Below are positions 33,336 through 51,138 of a stretch of 64,000 bases of DNA, in pieces (positions within the stretch are counted from its first letter, which is position 1; every line of letters begins with the position of its first letter). The stretch comes from the human T2T-CHM13v2.0 reference genome, Homo sapiens. The stretch lies in NCBI RefSeq assembly GCF_009914755.1, contig NC_060929.1. One strand, 5' to 3'. The notes under the pieces are model-generated. The model was not told the origin of the DNA and did no database searches. It saw only the letters and a list, made by a program, of their open reading frames with translations. The translations under genes were made by a program, and so were the position numbers.

Positions 33336-34096
33336 TGATACAGACAGGAGGCAGGGAAACACTGGGTGAAGAGGGTGGTTCCCTGGCAAAAGCCCCACCC
33401 ACAAGCCTGGAAACCATGGTTCTAAATGAGAACATTTATCCCTGTTTTCCTGCCCAAGTGTTACATTTTTAGCCTGACCCTCCCCGCATCCTGTGCCCAT
33501 ATAAACCCCAGACCTCAGTTGGCAGAGAGACAAGCAGCTGAACATTGAGTGGAGAATAAGCAATTGAACATCAGAGACTATAGACACACATGACTTAACT
33601 TCAGACAGCACAACTTTGGAGAGGTGCCTGGGAGGAGACAGCTGAGCTTCAGGGAAAGATCACTTTCTTCCCACACCATCCCCTTTCCAGCTCCCCTTCA
33701 GGTGATAGCCACTTCCACTGATTAATAAAATCCTCCACATTCACCACCTTTCAAACCGTTCATGCAATGTGGTTCTTCTTGGACACTGAACAAGAACTGG
33801 GTACCAAGAGTGCAGGGTGTAAAAGGCTGTCACCTTGACTCTCCACTGAACTGGTTAACCTTTAGCCATCTATGGATGGTAACTGCTAAAAGACCATTGT
33901 TTGTAACACATGCCCTGTGGGGCTTCAGAAGTCAAGAGCAAGTGCTAGATGATGCTGTGGGCCATATGCGGTTTGTTCCTGCTGGCAGCTAAAGGCACTT
34001 GCCTAGGCTCCGGTACCCACTCACCTGCATGCTCATCATCCTGCAAAAGGTTTGAGCTCTGGCAGAGCGAAAGGAGCCACCACCCCCCACCCCCAC

Positions 34097-34469
34097 TGTC
34101 ACATGTGTCCATGTGAAGAGACCACCAAAAGGCTTCGTGTGAGCAATAAAGCTTTTTAATCACCTGGGTGCAGGTGGGCTGAGTCTGAAAAGAGAGTCAG
34201 TGAAGGGATATAGGGGTGGGGCAGTTTTATAGGATTTGTGTAGGTAGTGGAAAATTACAGTCAAAGGGGTTGTTCTCTGGTGGGCAGAGGCGGGGGTCAC
34301 AAGGTGCTCCGTGGGGAGCTTCTGAGACTCATTGTCTAGGAGAAGGAATTTCACAAGATAATGTCATTAGTTAAGGCAGGAACTGACCATTTTCACTTCT
34401 TTTGTGATTCTTCAGTTGCTTCAGGCCATCTGGATGTATACGTGCAGGATTGGGCTCAGAGGCCTGACA
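34097..34469 (-). mobile_element. HERV-H 3' LTR (LTR7B/C-like)
   Basis: Minus strand TGTCAGGCCTCTGAGCCCAA...TGACA, preceded by the polypurine tract AAGAAGACAGGAA. Confidence 0.93.
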
Positions 34470-34696
34470 TTCCTGTCTTCTTATATTAATAAGAAAAATA
34501 AAATAGTGAAGAGTTGGGGCAGTGATAATTCTTGGGGGTGGTATGGAGAGATAATGGGTGATGTTTCTCAGGGCTGCTTTAAGCAGGATTAGGGTCAGTG
34601 TGGGAACCTAGAGTGGGAGAGATTAAACTGAAGAAAGATTTTGGGGTAAGGGGTGATATTGTGGGGTTGTTAGAAGGAGCATTTGTCATATACAAT

Positions 34697-35477
<781 letters not shown>

Positions 35478-35480
35478 TTT

Positions 35481-35498
35481 TGGTGACCATGAAGGGAC
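35481..35498 (+). promoter_or_regulatory. HERV-W primer binding site (tRNA-Arg-like)
   Basis: TGGTGACCATGAAGGGAC lies 3 nt after the LTR and matches TGGCGACCACGAAGGGAC with two CpG transitions. Confidence 0.8.
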
Positions 35499-36179
35499 CT
35501 CCAAAGCAATGAGTAATATTGGACCACTTTTGCTTGCTATTCTGTCCTATGCTTCCTTAGAGTTGGAGGAAAATAGCAGTCACCTTTTGACCAGTTAAAA
35601 ATGATTAGTGTGGCTGCTGGACTTAAGACTCAGGTGTGAGGCTATCTGGGGAAGGGCTTTCTAGCAACCCTCAACACTTCTGGGTTGGGGACGTTGGTCT
35701 GCCTGGAGCCAGCTTCCACTTTCAATTTTCTTGGGGAAGCTGAGGGCTGACTAGAGGCAGAAAGCTGTCATCCCAAACTCCCTGCAGTAGCTGGTTGAGA
35801 TCATGGTGCAGCCAGAAGTCTCTACTCAACAGTCACCCATGTGTGCACCCCTACCTTTCCTTCTGACCCATACCTCCTGGGGTCTTGACCACGACTTTCT
35901 TGAAAGTGTAGCCCCCAAATTCTCCTTACCTCTGAATGTACTTCCTCTGATCCCTTCCTCCGAGGTACTAATGGTTCAGACTTTCATTTCCTCTAGCAAG
36001 TTGTGTCTCCAAAAGGATTGAAGGAAGCTCTACGCTGCATCCTTAGGCACCTAGGCTATAACCCAGGGAGTCTTATCCCTGGTGTCCCTCCCGATTTAGG
36101 TATACAGCTCTCGACATGGGCAGTTATGTGCGACCTGTTCCCCACCACCCTTGCCAGGGCCCCAAGTTTGTAATGGCTA

Positions 36180-36207
36180 AGAGAGAGAGATGGAGAGAGA
36201 GAGAAAG

Positions 36208-36247
<40 letters not shown>

Positions 36248-36345
36248 AGAGAGACAGAGAGAGATGGAGAGAGAGATGGAGAGGGAGACAAAGAAGGAGT
36301 CAAAGAGAAAAAGAAAGAAAAAGATAGAAATAGTAAAAAAAGAAG
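36180..36345. repeat. AG-rich / (GA)n expansion in the HERV-W leader
   Basis: (GA)n and GAGATG units; a known HERV-W pre-gag feature. Confidence 0.9.
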
Positions 36346-36776
36346 TGTGCCCTATTCCTCTAAAAGCCAGAGTAAATTTAAAACCTGTAATTGATAATTG
36401 AAGGTCTTGTCCGTGACCCTATAACACTACAATACCACTTTGTTGTCAGTGTAAATAAGGGCATAGCCTGAAAGTGTCTGAGGCCACTGACAACCCGTAG
36501 TTTTCCTATCAAAAATCCTTCACCCAGTAACCCATAGATGGGCCAAATGCATTCAGTCAGTAGTGGCAACTGCTTTGCTAAATGTAGAAAAGTAACTTTT
36601 AGAGGAAACCTCATTGTGAGCACACCTCACCAGTTCAGAATCATTCTAAGTCAAAAAAGCAAAAACGTAGCTTACTAACTCAAAAATCTTAAAGTATGGG
36701 GCTATTCTGTTAGAAAAGGGTGATGTAACTCCAACCACTGATAATTACCTTAACCCAGCAGATTACATGCTGTGCA

Positions 36777-37847
36777 TGGATGTGCTTCCACCTGAACTTT
36801 AGGCCATGTGTTTCAATCCCTGTACCTGAACAATGGAACAACTTCAGCCCAGAAATGAACACCACTTCCATTTTAGTAGGACCTCTTGTTTCCAATCTGG
36901 AAATAACCCATATCTCAAACCTCACCTGTGTAAAATTTAGCAATACTATAGACAAAACAAACTCCCAAGGCATCAGGTGGGTAACTGCTCCCACACAAAT
37001 AGTCTGCCTACCTTCAGGAATATTTTTTGTCTGTGGTACCTCAGCCTATCATTGTTTGAATGACTCTTCAGAAAGTATGTGCTTCCTCTCATTCTTAGTG
37101 CCCCCTACGACCATCTACACTGAACAAGATTTATACAATTATGTCATACCTAAGCCCTGCAACAAAAGAGTACCCATTCTTCCTCTTGTTATTGGAGCAG
37201 GAGTGCTAGGTAGACTAGGTACTGGCATTGGCGGTATCACAACCTCTACTCAGTTCTACTACAAACTATTTCAAGAACTAAATGGTGACATGGAGCAGGT
37301 CACCAACTCCCTGGTCACCTAGGAAGATCAACTTAACTCCCTAGCAGCAGTAGTCCTTTAAAATTGAAGAGCTTTAGACTTGCTAACCGCCAAAAGAGGG
37401 GGAACCTGTTTATTTTTAGGGGAAGAATGCTGTTAGTATGTTAATCAATCTGGAATCATTACTGAGAAAGTTAAAGAAATTTGAGATCGAATATAATGTA
37501 GAGCAGAGGACCTTCAAAACACTGCACCCTGGGGCCTCCTCAGCCAATGGATGCCCTGGACTCTCCCCTTCTTAGGACCTCTAGCAGCTATAATATTTTT
37601 ACTCCTCTTTGGACCCTGTATCTTTAACTTCCTTGTTAAGTTTGTCTCTTCCAGAATTGAAGCTGTAAAGCTACAAATAGTTCTTCAAATGGAACCCCAG
37701 ATGCAGTCCATGACTAAAATCTACCGTGGACCCCTGGACCGGCCTGCTAGACTATGCTCTGATGTTAATGACATTGAAGTCACCCCTCCCGAGGAAATCT
37801 CAACTGCACAACCCCTACTACACTCCAATTCAGTAGGAAGCAGTTAG
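36777..37847 (+). pseudogene. HERV-W env 3' remnant (SU C-half plus TM), syncytin-1 paralogue, MSRV-type tail
   Basis: ORFs 36780..37322 and 37551..37847 are in the same frame, separated by six stops. Furin site decayed to CNKR; fusion peptide, ISD remnant, CX6CC and TM present; KLQIVLQMEP tail; no signal peptide. Confidence 0.95.
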
Positions 37848-37905
37848 AGCAGTTGTCAGCCAACCTCCCCAACAGTACTTGGGTTTTCCTGTTGAGAGGG
37901 TGGAC

Positions 37906-38686
37906 TGAGAGACAGGACTAGCTGGATTTCCTAGGCTGACTAAGAATCCCTAAGCCTAGCTGGGAAGGTGACCGCATCCATCTTTAAACATGGGGCTTGC
38001 AACTTAGCTCACACCCGACCAATCAGAGAGCTCACTAAAATGCTAATCAGGCAAAAACAGGAGGTAAAGCAATAGCCAATCATCTATTGCCTGAGAGCAC
38101 AGCGGGAAGGACAAGGATTGGGATATAAACTCAGGCATTCAAGCCAGCAACAGCAACCCCCTTTGGGTCCCCTCCCATTGTATGGGAGCTCTGTTTTCAC
38201 TCTATTTCACTCTATTAAATCTTGCAACTGCACTCTTCTGGTCCGTGTTTTTTATGGCTCAAGCTGAGCTTTTGTTCGCCATCCACCACTGCTGTTTGCC
38301 ACCGTCACAGACCCGCTGCTGACTTCCATCCCTTTGGATCCAGCAGAGTGTCCACTGTGCTCCTGATCCAGCGAGGTACCCATTGCCACTCCCGATCAGG
38401 CTAAAGGCTTGCCATTGTTCCTGCATGGCTAAGTGCCTGGGTTTGTCCTAATAGAACTGAACACTGGTCACTGGGTTCCATGGTTCTCTTCCATGACCCA
38501 CGGCTTCTAATAGAGCTATAACACTCACCGCATGGCCCAAGATTCCATTCCTTGGTATCTGTGAGGCCAAGAACCCCAGGTCAGAGAACGTGAGGCTTGC
38601 CACCATTTGGGAAGTGGCCCACTGCCATTTTGGTAGCGGCCCACCACCATCTTGGGAGCTCTGGGAGCAAGGATCCCCCAGTAACA
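37906..38686 (+). mobile_element. HERV-W 3' LTR (LTR17)
   Basis: TGAGAGACAGGACTAGC...GTAACA, preceded by a PPT-like GAGAGGGTGGAC; ATTAAA at 38214. Confidence 0.95.
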
Positions 38687-39255
38687 AAATGATTGGCGAT
38701 GTGCTGGATGTAGTTTTGTATGAATTGAGGAACTAAACAGAAGACACAAGGTCTGAATAAGAGATGGAGAAAAGCAGGTATTAAAGGACTAAGAATTGGG
38801 AGGACCCAGGACATTCAATTAGAGAGTGCCTAAGGGGGTTCAGCATAATTACTTGCTTGGTTGGTGAGTTTTTGGGCTCTATCCTTGAGTTTTTTTTGTG
38901 TGTGTGTTTTTTTTTTATGTTGTCATATACCAGGCCAGATTGATTTAGGTAAAAACAGCACTCTTCATTTAAAAATATACAGAGTCCTCCTTTTTCAGCA
39001 GTGAGTAAGTCAAGGCCTATTCCTGTCTTTTTATGTTAATAAGAAAAATAAAACAAAATAGTGGTGAAGTGGTGTCATGAGGGGAACAGGAAGCAAACAG
39101 CTGTTCGGTCCTATTTGCCAACTGAATTTTTGGAGAAGGAAAACTAATGTGCATGTGCCTGTCCAATTAGCAGGTAAACACAGGTAGGTGGAGGAGCCAC
39201 AGAGGAAGAAGAGACCTTTTGTAAGGCAAAGCTGGAAATGTAAAGTGAAAAGATG
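38687..39255 (-). pseudogene. HERV-H env remnant (SU end plus TM part)
   Basis: Translations [60 protein letters not shown] and [13 protein letters not shown]. Confidence 0.85.
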
Positions 39256-41560
39256 AGAAGGAGAAAATCTGGCCATGAGGGACAGAAATTGGAAGGCTAG
39301 CTGCTTCTTTAGTTACCTTATTAGCATAAGCATAGCCTTGAGTGATGTGATCTGATACCTTCTGATGGCCCTTGCAGTGAATGACCCTAGCTTCCTTGGA
39401 AGTAGAGCAGCTTTAAGAAGAGTTTTTATTAAGAGGCATTAATGATGGAGGACCCTTGTGTAGTGAGGAAATTTTCTTCCGCCTGTATAACAGCATGGTG
39501 GTGCAGGATATGTAAGGCATATTTAGAGTTAGTATAAATATTGACGCATAGTCCCTTTGCAAGAGTGAGGGCCTGAGTTAAGGCAATGAGTTTGGCTTGC
39601 CGAGAGGTAGTGGAGGGGGACAGAGCAGTAGCCTCAAGGATAGATGTGGAAGATACTATAGCATAGCCTGCCTTTGCTGGTGAGTGACAATTAGGCCTGT
39701 TGGAACTGCCATCAACAAACCAAGTGTGATGAGGGTGAGGAACAGGAAAGAAGGAAATATGGGAAAATGGAGTGAATGTCAGGTGGATCAAAGAGATACA
39801 GTCATGGGGGCCAGGTGTGGTATCAGGAATAATGTGGGAGGCCAGACTGAAGTCTGGGCCAGGAACAATGATAATTGTGGGAGACCCAACGAAGAGTGAG
39901 TATTGTCAAAGGAGCCAGGGGGCAGAAAGTATATGTGTCAGGTGTGAGGAAGAAAATAGATTTTGGAAGTTATGAGAACTGTAGAGTGAGTTGAATGTAG
40001 TTTGTGATTTTGAGGGCCTCTAAAAGTATTAAAACAGCAGCAGCCACCGCATGCAGACATGAGGGCTAGGCTAAAACAGTAAGGTCAAGTTATTTGGACA
40101 GAAAGGCGACAGGGTGCAGTCTTGGCTGTTGTGTAAGAATTCTAACCACACAGCCCTGTACTCTGGCTGTGTATAATGAAAAGGGTTGGGATGAGTTAGG
40201 GAGAGCAGCATTTAGGGCTGTTTTTTTAAGGAATGGAAAGGGGAGTGGAGAAAGGATTTAGGATTTATGGGGTCAGCTAGGTTTCCTTTTGTGAGTTTAT
40301 ATAATGGTTTAGTCAGGATGGCAAAAACAGGTATTTAAAGGCAAAAGTACCCAACCATGCCTAGGAAGTAAAGGAGTTGTTGCTTTGTAGAAGGAGTTGG
40401 GGCTTGGGAGATTATCCGGACATGATCAGCTGGGAGAACACGTGTGTTTTTATGAAGAATTATGCCAAGATACATAATCAATGAGGAAGAAATTTGGGCT
40501 TTGGAGGAGGATACAAGATATCCTTTTAAGAATAGATGTTGGAGGAGTAGGAGGGTGTCCTGTTGGGAAGATTTGTAGGAGGGGCTATAAAGTAGAAGGT
40601 CGTCAAAATATTTAATAAAGTGAGAAGTAGTTGGATGTAAAGAGAGTAAATCATGAGAAAGTACTTGACTGAAGTAATGGGGGCTGTCCCTGAAGCCTTG
40701 TGGCAGTACAGCCCAGGTAAGTTGCTGAGACTGATGGGTGTCAGGGTCAGTCCAAGTGAAAGTGAAGAGAGGCTGGGATGAAGGTGTAAAGGAATAGTAA
40801 AGAAAGCGTCTTTGAGATCCAGAACAGAATAATGGCTTGTGGAGGGAGGAATTGAGGATAGGAGAGTATATGGGTTTGGCACCACAGAGTGGATAGGCAA
40901 GACAATTTTGTTGATAAGGTGCAGATCCTGAACTAACCTGTAGGACTTGTCCAGTTTTTGGACAGGTAAAATGGGGGAATTGTAAGGAGAGTTTATAGGC
41001 TTTAGAAGCCCATGCTGTAGCAGGTGAGTGATAACAGGCTTTAACCTTTTTAAAGCCTGCTGTGGGATGGGATATTGGCATTGAGTGGGGTAAGAGTGAT
41101 CAGGTTTTAATGGGATGATAAGGGATGCATGATCAGTCGCCAAGGTAGGAGTAAAGGTAGCTTATACTTGTGGATTAATGTACGAGACACAAGGGGAGAA
41201 TGTGAAGGAGGCTTTGAACTGGGGAAAAGTGTGTCAATGAGGTGTGGTTGTAGCTCAGGAATATTCAGGGAAGCAGATAATTTAGTTAAAATGTCTCGAC
41301 CTAATAAGGATGCTAGGCAGGTTGGGATAACTAAAAAGGAGTGCATAAAAGAATGTTGTCCAAGTTCATACCAGAGTTGGGAAGTTTTAAGAGATTTAGA
41401 AGCCTGGACATCAATACTCACAACAGTTATGGAGGCAAGGGAAACAGGCCCTTGAAAGAAGGTAATGTGGAGTGGGCAGCCTCTGTATTGATTAAGAAGG
41501 GGACAGACTTACCTTCCCCTTTAAGAGTTACCTTCCACTTTAAGAGTTACCCAAAGTATC
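39256..41560 (-). pseudogene. HERV-H pro-pol remnant (protease, RT, RNase H; no integrase)
   Basis: RT motifs YRLVQDL, LDLKDAFF, LPQGFRDSP and YFDDLLL; RNase H WFVDGSS. Protease catalytic DTG reads NTE; multiple frameshifts. Confidence 0.9.
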
Positions 41561-41599
41561 TATGATGGTCCAGGAGGCTTTTGAGGTGATCGGGCAGTG

Positions 41600-42760
41600 T
41601 CAGTCTTCAGCTGCTAAGCCGAGAAGATCTGGGAAGGAGTCAGTCAGAGGGCCTTGAGCCAGAGTTCCTGGGGTTTTGGGAGTGGCTGCCAGGCGAGTTG
41701 GACAGTCTGATTTCCAGTGGGGTCCTGCACAGCTGGGACATGGCTTAGGAGGAATCCTAGGCTGCAGGCATTCCTTGGCCCAGTGGCCAGATTTCCAGCA
41801 CTTGAAGCAAGATCCTGGGGGAGGAGTTCCTGGAGGAATGCCTGGCTACTCTGGTTCAAGTGTTTTGAAGTTCTTGTGTGCTGGAGATGTGGCTGGGGTT
41901 TCTCTCACAGTGGAGGCAAGTAATTGCAACTCTTCTCTATTATTGTACACCTTGAAGGTGAGGTTAATTAAGTCCTGTTGTGGGGTTTGAGGACTGGAAT
42001 CTAATTTTTGGAGCTTTTTGTAATGTCGGGAGCAGATTGGGCAATAAAATGTATATTGAGAATAAGACCAGCCTTCTGGTCCCTCTGGGTCTAGGGTGGT
42101 AAAGGGTTGTTGCCAAATGGGCCATGAACTGGGCTTGGTTTTTATATTTGATGAAGAAGAAGAGCCTAAATGATTTGGGAGGGGTCAGATAAAAAAAAAA
42201 GGAGCATTAACCTTGACTATGCCTTCAGCTCCAGCCACCTCTTTAAGAGGAAATTGTTGGGCAGGTTGGGGAGGGCTAGTAGCGGAACGAAACTGTAAGC
42301 CGAACTGGGTGTGAGGAGGGGAGGTGATAAAAGGATTATACGGTGAGGGAACAGAAGCTGAGAAAGAATTGGGACCTGGCTCAGCCTGGTGAGGAGCAGC
42401 CTGGGGAAGAGGGGAGAGGTCAGAAGGGTCCATAAAAGGAGGATTCAAAGGACTCAGAGCTTGGGGTGGAGACTGAAGGAACCAACAGGAGAGAAAGAAG
42501 AAAAATTGGAGATGAGTTGCATTGGGAGCAGAGACTAGGGAGGGACTGATGTAAAAAAGAATGCCTAGATGTCAGCCACCTCAAACCATTTGCCCATTTT
42601 ATGACAAGAATGATCTATATCTTATAGCATGGAGAAATCAAAAGTGCCATTCTCTGGCTATTTGGAACCATTGTCGAGTTTTTATTGGGGTCAAGCGGGA
42701 TTGCAGAAGAAAATAAGGCATTTAGGTTTTAGGTCAGGTGCAAGTTGAAGAGGTTTTAAC
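41600..42760 (-). pseudogene. HERV-H gag remnant
   Basis: Proline-rich segment and QQFPLKEVAGAEGIVKVNAPF (ORF 42185..42448); zinc-knuckle-like region near 41.7-41.8 kb. Boundaries approximate. Confidence 0.75.
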
Positions 42761-43330
42761 ACAGGCTAAGGGAGAAGAAGGAGGAATGGAGGGTGGAAGT
42801 TTGCCCATAGTGAAGGAGGCAAGCCCAAAGAAAAGAGAGGGTAGAGGCACGGGAAAGAGGGGAGGTTGGTACTTGCCACCGGGGAGGTGGTGCTTGCCAC
42901 CAAGGTGAAGCATCAAGGCAGGCACCCCTGCGGTGATCAGACACCTCTGAAATGTGGGTGAATAATCAGGCAGGCATCCCTGTAGTGATTAAACTTCAAG
43001 GGAAGACTGTCTTCCCAAGTCCATCACCAGCGCCAGAATTTTGGTTTCACGGATAAAATGCATCTCCTCTGTCTCTACCAGAAAAGGAAAGGAACTGAAA
43101 TTAAGGGAAGGGAGAGACTGGATGGTGGTGCCAAAAGAGAAAGGAGAAAGAGGTTGAGGGACAGTGAGAGAGGTTGGAGAAGAGAGTAAAAAGAGGCCGC
43201 TTACCTGATTTAAAATTGGTGAGATGTTCGTTGGGCTGGTTTGTCTGAGGACCCGAGGTCGTAGGTGGATCTTTCTCATGGAGCAAAGAGCGGGAGGACA
43301 GGGGATTGATCTCCCAAGGCAGGTCCCCCG

Positions 43331-43348
43331 ATCTGAGTCATGGCACCA
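43331..43348 (-). promoter_or_regulatory. HERV-H primer binding site (tRNA-His)
   Basis: Minus strand TGGTGCCATGACTCAGAT versus the His PBS TGGTGCCGTGACTCGGAT. Confidence 0.9.
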
Positions 43349-43350
43349 AA

Positions 43351-43722
43351 TGTCAGGTACGTCCCTGTGAAGAGACCACCAACAGGCTTTGTGTGAGCAA
43401 TAAAGCTTTTTAATAACCTGGGTGCAGGTGGGCTGAGTCCAAAAAGAGTGTCAGCAAAGGGAGATGGGGTGGCGCAGTTTTATAGGATTTGTGTAGGTAA
43501 TGGAAAATTACAGTCAAAGGGGTTGTTCTCTGGCAGGCAGGGGCAGGGGTCACAAGGTGCTCAGTGGGAAGCTTCTGAGACACATTGTCCAGAAGAAGAA
43601 ATTTCACAAGATAATGCCATCAGTTAAGGCAGGAACCAGCCGTTTTCACTTCTTTTGTGATTCTTCAGTTGCTTCAGGTCATCTGGATGTATACGTGCAG
43701 GTTTGGGCTTGCAGGACTGACA
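43351..43722 (-). mobile_element. HERV-H 5' LTR (LTR7B/C-like)
   Basis: Paralogue of 34097-34469; minus-strand CCTATAAAAC TATA box retained. Confidence 0.93.
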
Positions 43723-44037
43723 CCCACCAGTTGCAAATTCCATAGGGGAACAGGGAACCCTCCCATCTCATAAACTACTATGAAATTGTAATTAGTACCA
43801 TTGCAAATACATAGGATAACACAGTCGAATGCAAGAACAAATACACATCCATGTATTTTATGCATTGAAGAATAAGATTATTTGAAATTTTAATGTTTGG
43901 AAGCTGTATGCTTTAAAATTTTCATGGTATAGAATTTTCATGAAAACAACTGTGAAGAAAAATAATTCTTTATGTAACATTTGAAACACATACAAATGAA
44001 AGGTAAAATTCTTAGTATTTAAATAAGTTGGCAATCA

Positions 44038-44480
<443 letters not shown>

Positions 44481-45536
44481 TCACTCACAAGAGAAACTGA
44501 CTAAAACTATGAAAAATACAATCAATTAAGGTCTCTGGAATGGTCTTATGGGAATATAGCAAATGAAGTAATATTTATTCAAAAATATCAACTAAAACTG
44601 AGAAATAGCAAGCCTGTGGCATTTGAATCACAACCCACTCCTTCCTTCACCTCTTTAAGAGCAATGGGAGAGAAACTCCCCTCCAGGTGGATGCAGCCAA
44701 GAACATAAGGCCCTGTGGAGGGTTACAGCCTATTCCTAAAGAAAGGACAGAGCATCAGTATTTCTCTTCCCAATCCCAAGCTACTTACTGTAGAGGTTAG
44801 TTCCTGGATAGTGCCACTAAAAGATGTAGGCTTTCTTTTTTTCCCAGCCGTCATTCATATAATGCAGGCTGTAATTTGGGCACATGTGTGAAGAATAATG
44901 AGACCTGATTTGTCTCTCCTCAGCTTGTTTTTATGGTGGAGGTTTCATGCTGGGAGAAGTAAGCTGAAAAAACAGAGGACACAACTACTCTCCAATATTT
45001 AGTGCCCACTTCCTAAAGTAGGGTTGTCACTCAGAGCAATGTGCCATTTTCCTTGCTCCCAGCTCCAGATTTGTGAGCCAGACACTTTCACATAGGGGGA
45101 AGGCAGACAAAGAGCTCCAGCTGTTCCAAAGGAACGGACATTATTTGCAACAGAGTGTGAGAAAATTCAAGCCTAAGGATGCTCTCAAAAACAGTGGATT
45201 TTGTGGGAAAAAGCATTAAGATGAGACTGTTAGTTCATCAGAGATATGAGCTAAACCATGGACCAGAAAGTTTACCAAAGAAAACCAGGGCATTATGCAG
45301 CTAGAAAAAGCCTTCTTTAAATTATAAGAAACCTCAAACACTGACCTCAAAAACAATCCTTGTAAAGGAGGCCAAAATTAACTGGATCAAGATCCAACAA
45401 TATGTTATCCATAGGAGACACACTTTAGATTCAAAAATACAAATAAATTGAAAGTAAAAGTATGGAAACAGATTTATCATGCAAACTGCAATGATAAAAA
45501 GTTGGAGTGGCTACTCTAATGTTGAAAAATAGGGTT

Positions 45537-51138
<5,602 letters not shown>

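Noticed and set aside
36116-36401. Charged Arg/Glu-rich ORFs
   Set aside because: Translation of the (GA)n expansion in the HERV-W leader.
36780-37847. Syncytin-1 (ERVW-1) gene
   Set aside because: No signal peptide or N-terminal SU, six internal stops, decayed furin site, and it keeps the 4-aa tail segment that syncytin-1 lacks.
38581-38814. Chimeric HERV-H TM / LTR17 ORF
   Set aside because: Chance read-through across the insertion junction with no support for expression.
39429-41143. Functional HERV-H reverse transcriptase
   Set aside because: Split across frames by frameshifts; protease catalytic Asp lost; integrase absent.
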